Of a stretch of 64,000 nucleotides of DNA, positions 35,472 to 43,147 are shown in pieces. The stretch lies in contig JAMCUI010000004.1 in assembly GCA_023379265.1 (NCBI GenBank), positions 9,273 to 73,272 of the forward strand, in the 5' to 3' direction. This stretch comes from Patescibacteria group bacterium (lineage in GTDB: Bacteria > Patescibacteriota > Microgenomatia > 2-02-FULL-39-11). Both the position numbers and the translations under genes were made by a program. The notes below the pieces were generated by a model. It worked only from the letters and a program-made list of their open reading frames with translations, had not been told where the DNA came from and searched no databases. Each line of letters begins with the position of its first letter. Position 1 is the first letter of the stretch.

Positions 35472-35629
35472 AAGATTTTACAGATCTACCGGACCTGTTA
35501 ATGTAGCATGTCTCTTTGAAAATCTAGTTAAAGCGTGTAAGATATAGAAGATTTTACAGATCTACCGGACCTGTTAATGTAGCATGTCTCTTTGAAAATC
35601 TAGTTAAAGCGTGTAAGATATAGAAGATT
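35415..35629. repeat. Tandem repeat, 76-bp unit x2.8, containing the folD 3' end and stop
   Basis: GGACCTGTTAATGTAGCATG starts at 35415, 35491, 35567. Confidence 0.97.
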
Positions 35630-36284
35630 AATACCTCTTATCAATAAACTCCATTTTCCCGTTATCAATCTTTAAGTACTGACCATAACCCCAGCGAATA
35701 AAACCTGTATTTATATATCTCTCCCTTAAATTAAACTCAGCCAGATGACTGTGTCCGCATACCAAAACAGTATTTTCCGGAAGATTGCTATTTAACCATT
35801 TTCTCATCCGGTTATTCTGACTTTTATAATAACTAAGTAGCGGCTTGCCCAAAATGGCCAAAGGTATCTTTTCCCGCAAAAACTGGTAAGCAGCCGTCAG
35901 TATCCGGCCATGAGGCAACCACAAATACCTGTCGTCAGCAGCTGGAGCTATACGGCAACCGTGCTCTATATGCAGGATTTTACCTCCGGCTTTCATTTTA
36001 TATATGTTCCGCTGGCTGACCGAAAAAAGATTCAAACTTTTATCAGACAGGCTTTTCCGGTCATGGTTACCAAAAAGATAAATAGTTTCCCGGGATTTTA
36101 ACAAAGGGAATAATTTTTTCCAGCCGCTTTCGAGAAAATCATCAAGGCTAACAATATACCCATCCCAGAAATCGCCATTTATTATCACTCTATCGGCAGG
36201 AGTGATAAGTCTGGTAAGGAAATCAAATTTAGTCTTTTCAAACTTTTTTGTCAGATGAGTATCTGAAAACACTACGGAAATCAT
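35628..36284 (-). CDS. Calcineurin-like metallophosphoesterase
   Basis: SDTH, NGDFWD, GNHD, HG, GHSH motifs; start set at MISVVF. Confidence 0.88.
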   Translation of the reverse strand: MISVVFSDTHLTKKFEKTKFDFLTRLITPADRVIINGDFWDGYIVSLDDFLESGWKKLFPLLKSRETIYLFGNHDRKSLSDKSLNLFSVSQRNIYKMKAGGKILHIEHGCRIAPAADDRYLWLPHGRILTAAYQFLREKIPLAILGKPLLSYYKSQNNRMRKWLNSNLPENTVLVCGHSHLAEFNLRERYINTGFIRWGYGQYLKIDNGKMEFIDKRY

Positions 36285-36300
36285 ATGCAAACGTGAAAAG

Positions 36301-37245
36301 TTACTTGCGGTGAAATTTTTGATGAACCTGGCGCAGCTGCGGGTTAGTGACGTGTGTATATATCTGGGTTGTCGAAATATTTTTGTGCCCAAGCATCTCC
36401 TGGATCGAGCGCAAATCAGCTCCGGCTGACAATAAATCTGTGGCAAATGAATGTCTCAGCCCGTGCGGTGTAATCTTTACAGGCAACCTGGCTTTTTTGA
36501 CATATTTCTCCACAATCCTTTGGACTGAACGTACATTCAGTCTTGCCGCCTCATTTTCCCGTCCCGGTGAAGCTTTCCTGCCCGCATAACGAATAAATAA
36601 TGGCGAAAACGTATCCTCCCTTTCCTTCAAGTAGCGCTCAAGCCACAGGACTGCTGAATCTGACAGAAAGACTACCCTAGGCCGTCCGCCCTTTCCTATC
36701 ACACCAAACTCTTTTCTTTCAAGATTTATGGAGTCGCGGTTGAGCCGCGTCAGTTCGCTCACGCGAAGTCCGGTGCTAAAAAGCACCTCTAATATGGCTT
36801 TATCCCTCATGCCCTGGGGCGTAGAGATATTGGGCATATTCAAAAGCCTTTCAACCATCTCCCGATCAAGAAACTTCAGCGATCTGCTCTCCGCCTTTCC
36901 CAACTCTACTTTTTCAGGATTCAGAGTGGGCTTATCCTGCCTTATAAGAAACCTCAAGAAAGCCCTAAGTGCAATCAGATGATAATTTTGCGTAATGTGT
37001 TTGAGAGTCAGACCGTGGTCATCTGAATATCTGGATAAAAATAACCTGTAATCCCTTACCGTTTCTGCCTTTATTGAGTCTGTATCTGATATAGTAGGGG
37101 ATTGCAAGGCTCCAAATTGCAAAAACCTGTTTAGATAATGCCTGTAGTTCCTGATCGTTAACCTCGAACAATTCCGTTCAAGTTCCAAATAGATCAGAAA
37201 CTGATCAATCGCTTCAGATAGCTTCATTCTTACATTTTGCGACAT
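36301..37245 (-). CDS. XerC/XerD-family tyrosine recombinase
   Basis: SAM-like N-domain (TIRNYRHYL); TGLRVSE, GKGG, HGLRHS, LGH..ISTTQIY catalytic set. Confidence 0.93.
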   Translation of the reverse strand: MSQNVRMKLSEAIDQFLIYLELERNCSRLTIRNYRHYLNRFLQFGALQSPTISDTDSIKAETVRDYRLFLSRYSDDHGLTLKHITQNYHLIALRAFLRFLIRQDKPTLNPEKVELGKAESRSLKFLDREMVERLLNMPNISTPQGMRDKAILEVLFSTGLRVSELTRLNRDSINLERKEFGVIGKGGRPRVVFLSDSAVLWLERYLKEREDTFSPLFIRYAGRKASPGRENEAARLNVRSVQRIVEKYVKKARLPVKITPHGLRHSFATDLLSAGADLRSIQEMLGHKNISTTQIYTHVTNPQLRQVHQKFHRK

Positions 37246-37797
37246 CTATATATATTTGTCAAATTTTATCCGTCTTGAACTCATCTCGATATACTCACGT
37301 AACTTCGGTTTGCAATTGAGTTACTCAGTATATACCCCTCATAAATTGCTTCTGTCCGGGCTGGAAAATCAAAGGAACAAAGTGCCAGATTTGGTTAAAT
37401 TACTTCCGGAATGTCATATCAATACGAAAACGCAACAAACCAGTCAAGAAAATTAAAAAGGTGGAAAATCAGAATCGTTGTCAAAATACAGGTTTTAACC
37501 TTCATTCCTGGCCTCCTATAATCGTTTTTGAGGGCTTTAATTTGATTAGGATGTATATTTAGTCATCTTAACCCTAAAAGGTAAGAACCGTTTTATTTAG
37601 TTTGAGAAAATAGCATTTTACATAATAGAAGTTTTGACGGACCTATCGTAAATTTGACGGATAACTGATTTATAAAGAAAAAGAGAATTATAAATAAGAA
37701 AGACAATTCAACAACTTAATTTATAAATATCACTACGAAAATCTAAGCAGATGAATATGGTAAAAATTGGCACTTCTCCGGAGATCCGTGCGTATAT

Positions 37798-37825
37798 ATG
37801 TCGCAAAAGATATATTGTGCGACAA
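37798..37825. promoter_or_regulatory. dif-like Xer recombination site (11-6-11)
   Basis: ATGTCGCAAAA-GATATA-TTGTGCGACAA, arms 9/11 complementary, about 550 bp upstream of the xer gene. Confidence 0.65.
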
Positions 37826-38048
37826 TATAGCAATCCATATCCCCGGCCTTTTTTTAACGAAAGATTCTCTTCTTTACCTATATCATAAAAATGAGAATAA
37901 ATACCGGGGAAGGTAGAGACTCATACCGGTCAAATCTGCCAGGAATAAATAAACCGTTCGTCATCGAATAACCAATTAACAGTGCTTGCTGGACAGAATA
38001 TGTTTGGTCCATAGAGAGGCTTTCGGTTTTTTTCTTCTCTACACTATT

Positions 38049-38665
38049 TAGATCTATATAACGCTCTAAACTCATATATCTGAAGCTAAAATTATTATCT
38101 TCTACTTGCATTAAATACGGAATAGAGCGTCATCAAAATCTAAACAACTATTTTCGTGGCTAATATACTCTATTTATCCGATTATCTATATGGAATTATA
38201 CTCAATTTAGCGCATAACAACGCTCTGATTTCTAATTTTTGAGGCTAATCTTTCATTATGCCTTTTCTGTACACGTATTACTAGAGAGCATTATGACGCT
38301 CTAATCCTTTTATTATGAAGCTAAGTATTTTTCGACATTTCTTATTCGTTACTTTAATGTAAGAGTAAAAATAAGTCCTATAGTTTAGGGCTTCGCAATA
38401 GTCCAAATATTTAATTCTAAAGCTAAATCAACTTTCATTTATTATATGAATATCTATGGTATAGAGCATAATGATGCTCCATTCTCTCTTTATTTAAGCT
38501 AATAGGAAAACTGTAAACCTCTATACGGATAATTGCTATAAAATATAGTTTAGGGCTTTATTAGGCTCCATAGCAATCACGTTGAGGCTAATTTTTTGGT
38601 ATTTTAGGATAATAAAGATAGTATAGAAGGTCATGATGCTCTAAACTAACAATGTTATGCGTAAT
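38049..38665. repeat. Array of eight degenerate 20-bp palindromes (approx. TAGAGCRT-N4-AYGCTCYA), seven with GCTAA at +36
   Basis: Starts 38049, 38123, 38208, 38284, 38386, 38462, 38551, 38624; GCTAA at 38085, 38159, 38244, 38320, 38422, 38498, 38587. Confidence 0.85.
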
Positions 38666-38717
38666 TAATTTGTTCAGTCAGGCATATGTGTTTTCACTTA
38701 CACTTTGAGAGTGATAC

Positions 38718-38758
38718 CGTGAAAAGTCGGTACAAATATTCGTGAAAAGTTATCCACA
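38718..38758. promoter_or_regulatory. DnaA-box cluster: one perfect box plus two degenerate inverted boxes
   Basis: TTATCCACA 38750-38758; CGTGAAAAG at 38718 and 38741. Confidence 0.5.
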
Positions 38759-38917
38759 TTACTATAGGATACTATAGGCTTTTGTACCATATCAAACTAT
38801 ATCACTACTCTACTTCCCCATTCCCGCCACAACTTTTAAATTTCTTTGGACTAAATAAATTCTTGATAATAAAACTTCCTAATTCTAAATTGGAAATTAA
38901 AAATTGAAATTAACCGG

Positions 38918-39763
38918 TCAACCCCAAGCTGTAGTAACAAAAGCCACCAGGAAGGTAAAAATAAAGGCAAAAATATATTCCCGCACCGTGTTGGCAAAAA
39001 GCCTATCCTGGATTTTCTGCTGCAATATGCCTACCATCGCATAAAAACCAGACGCCACAAGAAGAGACACTGTAGATATCTGGATCGGCCAGAAAGAAAT
39101 TACCATTGCCAATTCCCCTACTAATATTCCGATAATGACGGAATATGATATTGCCTCATTTGTAAGTTTTGATTCTAAGTTTACTGACCAAATAGACTGC
39201 AGAGACAAAAGTCCTGCAAAAGGAGACAATATAAGCATATTTGCCCAAAATGACATCCTGAAGGAGAAAACTATACTAGTCAAAAGAAACATGACAATAA
39301 GAGTAATAAGAAGCCCAATGCTTTGCGCCGCCCGCAAAAGTTGTATAGATCTCTCTGCGGCTACGTTATATATATTTTCTACCAGAAGATAAGCATAAGT
39401 TCCAATAGCAAAAACAGTTGCTATGGTCAACCTGATAATCCAGCGTGCTGGAAGCAGATAATAAAAAAGTGATACCGAGGCTGTAAAAACAACAGGAAGT
39501 ATAAATAAAAGCAACCACTCTGTTCCTCTTATGTCTTCAGCAAGAGACCAGGCAGTCAAAATGTACGACGCAACAGCAAGAAGCCCAACCATATAAAACC
39601 TGTAATCCTCCCAAACAAGCTGGGTCAAAAGAAGACCTCCCGATAAAATGAGCGTCTGGAGGGCAAACCTCTGTCTTTTAGAAAGGGAGTCCAATAAATC
39701 CCAATGCGGAATAACCCTCTCAAAACGTTTCTTCTTCTTTGGTTTTATATGAAAGTAGTTCAA
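38918..39763 (-). CDS. Polytopic membrane protein of unknown function
   Basis: 281 aa, about 8 TMs, ENIYNVAAERSIQLLRAA loop; overlaps the yebC stop. Confidence 0.8.
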   Translation of the reverse strand: MNYFHIKPKKKKRFERVIPHWDLLDSLSKRQRFALQTLILSGGLLLTQLVWEDYRFYMVGLLAVASYILTAWSLAEDIRGTEWLLLFILPVVFTASVSLFYYLLPARWIIRLTIATVFAIGTYAYLLVENIYNVAAERSIQLLRAAQSIGLLITLIVMFLLTSIVFSFRMSFWANMLILSPFAGLLSLQSIWSVNLESKLTNEAISYSVIIGILVGELAMVISFWPIQISTVSLLVASGFYAMVGILQQKIQDRLFANTVREYIFAFIFTFLVAFVTTAWG

Positions 39764-40506
39764 TGGAGTAAATTATCAGGAATATCAAAATTGGCAAAAA
39801 CTTTTTGCACATCTTCCAACTCTTCCAGTGAGGTAAGAAGGGATAAAACTTTTTGAGCAGTTTGGCTGTCATTTACCGGAATGGATGTCACCGGCCGGTA
39901 ATAAAGCTCAAAAGATGATACGGGTACCCCCGCTTGGGAAAGAGTCTCTTTTATTTTATGTACATCCTTGGGTTCTGTATAAACCTCAATATCATCACCT
40001 GTATCGTCAATGTCAATTGCCCCGGCATCAATTGCCTGCTCCATAACTTTATCATTGTCATTGCCGGTCTTTGGAATTGTTATAAGGCCAACATATTTGA
40101 AAAGGTGGGAAACGGCTCCAGTTGTAGCCAACACTCCTCCTCCCCTTTCCAAAACATTTTTTAAGTCAGAAACAGTCCGTTGCTTATTATTTGTTGCGGC
40201 CTCAATAATTATTCCCACTCCCGCCGGGCCGAAAGCCTCATACACAATTTCGTTTATCTCCTCCCCCTCTCCTCCTCCAGCTGCCCTCTCTATTGCCCTT
40301 TCTATATTCTCTTTGGGCATATTCAGACTTCTGGCTTTTTCCACTATCAGACGCAATTTGAAATTACTCTCAGGATCTTTTATCCCTCCGCCCTCCTTTA
40401 CAGCAACAATTATCGCATTGGCTATCTTTGTGAAAATTTTACCTTTTACGGCATCTGTCGCTTCTTTCTGGTGCTTGACCTTTGACCACTTGGAATGTCC
40501 GGACAT
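39760..40506 (-). CDS. yebC: YebC/PmpR family protein
   Basis: MSGHSKW, NMPKENIERAI, YEAFGPAGV, DVQKVFAN. Confidence 0.95.
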   Translation of the reverse strand: MSGHSKWSKVKHQKEATDAVKGKIFTKIANAIIVAVKEGGGIKDPESNFKLRLIVEKARSLNMPKENIERAIERAAGGGEGEEINEIVYEAFGPAGVGIIIEAATNNKQRTVSDLKNVLERGGGVLATTGAVSHLFKYVGLITIPKTGNDNDKVMEQAIDAGAIDIDDTGDDIEVYTEPKDVHKIKETLSQAGVPVSSFELYYRPVTSIPVNDSQTAQKVLSLLTSLEELEDVQKVFANFDIPDNLLH

Positions 40507-40684
40507 ATTTTAATTATCCAATATTACTTAAATAAAAATTTGATAATTGGGAATTAGTAAGTTGGATATTTTATTTTATAACGCCTATTGACTTTTCTCA
40601 AGCCGCCACTTAAACTACCGTTATCTTTTTTTACAAAATAGGCATAATTTTCCTTAAAACATCGGCGGTTATTCATTCTTCTTT

Positions 40685-41422
40685 ATGAGTGATTCAAACC
40701 TTTCTAACTTAGCAATACAAGCAGCGTTATCAAACGAATGGGAAGAAGCTATTTCCCTCAACGGTAATATATTAAAAGAAAATCCTCAAGACATAAATGC
40801 ACTAAACAGAATGGCATTTGCTTATGTACAGGTACGGAAATTTGATGATGCAAAAAGGATATACAAAAAAATTCTCGGCTTTGACCGCTACAACATTATC
40901 GCGCAGAAAAATCTTGACAGGATCAACAATTTACTCAAACAAAACAAGTCAGGCCTGAATTCTAAAAACACAATATTCCCTCTCTCCCCCAGCCTGTTTA
41001 TTGAAGAACCGGGTAAAACAAAAACTGTAGTGCTAAGTAATATTGCGCCTTCATCCGTCCTCTCAAATCTAAATATGGGCGATCCTGTCACATTTAAGCT
41101 TAAAAAACATTCTGCGGAAATAAGAGATACAAACAATGTATATATTGGAGCCTTACCTGATGATATTGCCTTCAGGCTGATAAGATTTACAAAAGCCGGC
41201 AATACCTATCTGGTGAATATAAAAAATATCACTAAAAACAGCGTATCAGTCTTCATAAGGGAGATAAAAAGAGGAAAACGTTTTGCTTCACAACCGACTT
41301 TTATCTCTCTTGTCTCTGAGAAAAATTATGTGAGCCACCATACCACCTCAAGACAAACCAATGAGGATGAAGATGATAATTCTTCGGAAAATGAAGAGGA
41401 CGACGCTCAGGAAGAGGAATAA
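40685..41422 (+). CDS. TPR-containing hypothetical protein with acidic tail
   Basis: AIQAAL..EWEEA, ALNRMAFAY TPR pattern; FIEEPGKTK. Confidence 0.8.
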   Translation: MSDSNLSNLAIQAALSNEWEEAISLNGNILKENPQDINALNRMAFAYVQVRKFDDAKRIYKKILGFDRYNIIAQKNLDRINNLLKQNKSGLNSKNTIFPLSPSLFIEEPGKTKTVVLSNIAPSSVLSNLNMGDPVTFKLKKHSAEIRDTNNVYIGALPDDIAFRLIRFTKAGNTYLVNIKNITKNSVSVFIREIKRGKRFASQPTFISLVSEKNYVSHHTTSRQTNEDEDDNSSENEEDDAQEEE

Positions 41423-41592
41423 TGTATTATTTTCTCCTTCAGAAATAATATTACACCGCTCTTCACCTTTTTCCTTTTATTTATCTTAAGGTTCTTGACT
41501 TCTTCTGGAGCTGCCATTTCCTTATCAACAGATCTAACAGCCAGAATAAGAGAAACTATAAATATCGTAATAATCGCAACTGCCATCAACAT
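41407..41592 (-). CDS. Small single-TM hypothetical protein
   Basis: MLMAVAIITIFIVSLILAVRS TM followed by a basic tail; co-oriented with the upstream gene. Confidence 0.55.
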   Translation of the reverse strand: MLMAVAIITIFIVSLILAVRSVDKEMAAPEEVKNLKINKRKKVKSGVILFLKEKIIHYSSS

Positions 41593-41626
41593 AGTTAATA
41601 AGTTAATATAAATATATAATTGACAA

Positions 41627-42664
41627 TCATTTAACAAAATCCTCACCTAATACTACTTGAATATCTGTCTGGTTGCTCATGTCTGAACTATTTCCAATCT
41701 CTGATATTTTACACCCGTACCTTTTTTTGAGCTTCGTCACTATATAACTGGTCTTTAGGCTATCTTTTGTAAAGTATATCACGCATGCAAAAGAAACATC
41801 ATTTTGGGCGGTAGTAGTTACCAGAACATTGGCCCCAATATTCCGCAGTATTTTACCAAATTGACCAGCCAGTTGGTTTTGTCCCGAAGCGTTCACAATT
41901 TCCAATGTTACATTTTCCGTACGGATGGCTTGATCCTGAAAGTTATCCTGTATGACTGACGCTAAAATATCTGTATCTATCACTTTAACTGAAGTACCGT
42001 CAGGCAACTTATCATCGCGCAAAACGCTTCTGTCCCCCAGATTTACAAGTCTTATCTGGTCGCTACGAAGACTGGCGATGGATAAATATAATCGCATCAG
42101 ATCCATTTTTGTCAGATTTGTATCCAAAGTATTTGCCCCTGTAAAAACACCCAGCGCTATACCAGGTAATTTCAGGAAAGAAAAATATTTACTTTTATAT
42201 GCAGCTATATCCTTTGAGGATTTTATCGGGAAAGGAAAAGAAACTCCTTTTGTGGCAATATACCCGTCTATAAGAATGTCAAATGAATTCTCTACGCTCC
42301 TTTCCAAAAGCACTCCCGCTGGACGTTTCTTGTCTAATTCACCAAGTTTATATACCGATGAGGCTTTATATTCACCATAACCATAAGGGACATAAAGCAT
42401 TGTTTCTTCCGGAATTACAGCTATATAAGCCTGCCGTTTTACGGGGTCTATCGTAAAAACTGCCATCGGATCGGAATTCAAAACTACAGTCAGACGGTTT
42501 GAACCATCCCATTTGTTTAGATTGTTTAGACTGATAAATCCGGAAAGCAAAAGTATGATTGCCAAACACCAAATTATCAATTTTGGGATACGCTGTCTGG
42601 GGTTTGACTTTCCCCCGCCAACTCGTACCTTAAAGCTTCCGGATCTGTTTGTAGTTCGTCTCAT
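41627..42664 (-). CDS. LytR/CpsA/Psr-like protein with LytR C-terminal domain
   Basis: TM; YGYGEYKASSVYKLG; DTNLT..D; EIVNASG..LAG; DIQVVLGED; start uncertain. Confidence 0.75.
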   Translation of the reverse strand: MRRTTNRSGSFKVRVGGGKSNPRQRIPKLIIWCLAIILLLSGFISLNNLNKWDGSNRLTVVLNSDPMAVFTIDPVKRQAYIAVIPEETMLYVPYGYGEYKASSVYKLGELDKKRPAGVLLERSVENSFDILIDGYIATKGVSFPFPIKSSKDIAAYKSKYFSFLKLPGIALGVFTGANTLDTNLTKMDLMRLYLSIASLRSDQIRLVNLGDRSVLRDDKLPDGTSVKVIDTDILASVIQDNFQDQAIRTENVTLEIVNASGQNQLAGQFGKILRNIGANVLVTTTAQNDVSFACVIYFTKDSLKTSYIVTKLKKRYGCKISEIGNSSDMSNQTDIQVVLGEDFVK

Positions 42665-42804
42665 AAAATTGACATCCGGACCAGCTTTGAAAGATATAGG
42701 AAAAATAAGTGAAACAAAGATTAGCAGCTTGTTCCACAAAATTTTGTCTCCTGAATCAGCTTTGAGAAACGTATGAAAATCAAATGAACGCAGTACTAGT
42801 CCGC

Positions 42805-42951
42805 TTATTCCTCATCTTTGCCCTTTTTTATTATCTCAACTCTGGGCAAAACGAAGGATTGTTTTTGAGATAGAATTTGAGCTTTCTTTTCAAGGATGGA
42901 TTTTTTGGCTTTTTTCTTGTCCCCCTTGAAAAAACCTCCAAAATTTCCCAT
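42805..42951 (-). CDS. Small basic protein (48 aa), below the ORF-track cutoff
   Basis: Manual translation MGNFGGFFKGDKKKAKKSILEKKAQILSQKQSFVLPRVEIIKKGKDEE*; promoter-like sequence just upstream. Confidence 0.65.
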   Translation of the reverse strand: MGNFGGFFKGDKKKAKKSILEKKAQILSQKQSFVLPRVEIIKKGKDEE

Positions 42952-42958
42952 ATGTCTA

Positions 42959-42987
42959 ATTTTATAATCCAGTCAAGCAAACGTCAA
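42959..42987 (-). promoter_or_regulatory. sigma70 promoter (leaderless-type) of the small protein
   Basis: TTGACG-17 bp-TAAAAT, 7 nt before ATG. Confidence 0.6.
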
Positions 42988-43024
42988 TATTTCAATCCTG
43001 AACATACGTATGAAAGCCAGATAA

Positions 43025-43120
43025 TTGTCATGCCGAACTTGTCCCGCCTCAGCGGGATTCCGCTAAGCGGTTTTTATTTCAGCACCTCGTTTAGATCCTG
43101 AAATAAATTCATGATGACAA
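43025..43120. repeat. REP/MITE-like palindromic element with a nested GC-rich hairpin
   Basis: Ends TTGTCAT...ATGACAA; AGATCCTGAAATAAATTCA arm; internal TCCCGCCTCAGCGGGAT also found (inverted) at 13470. Confidence 0.55.
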
Positions 43121-43147
43121 CATCCGTGTTTTGAGACACATGTCCCT

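Noticed and set aside
36301-37245. Recombinase as a prophage or island integrase
   Set aside because: Xer-like size and motifs, housekeeping neighbours, no phage or conjugation genes.
37256-38111. Short ORFs 37256-37456 and 37878-38111
   Set aside because: Alternative starts, no motifs, and one overlaps the palindrome array; likely spurious.
38049-38665. Palindrome array as a degenerate CRISPR or an integron attC array
   Set aside because: The 16 nt between palindrome and GCTAA are not conserved; no RYYYAAC/GTTRRRY ends or cassette ORFs; I see no IntI-type insertion in the recombinase.
38796-38835. G-rich repeats on the minus strand resembling MraZ boxes
   Set aside because: Poor match to regularly spaced GTGGG boxes and no mraZ/dcw genes follow.
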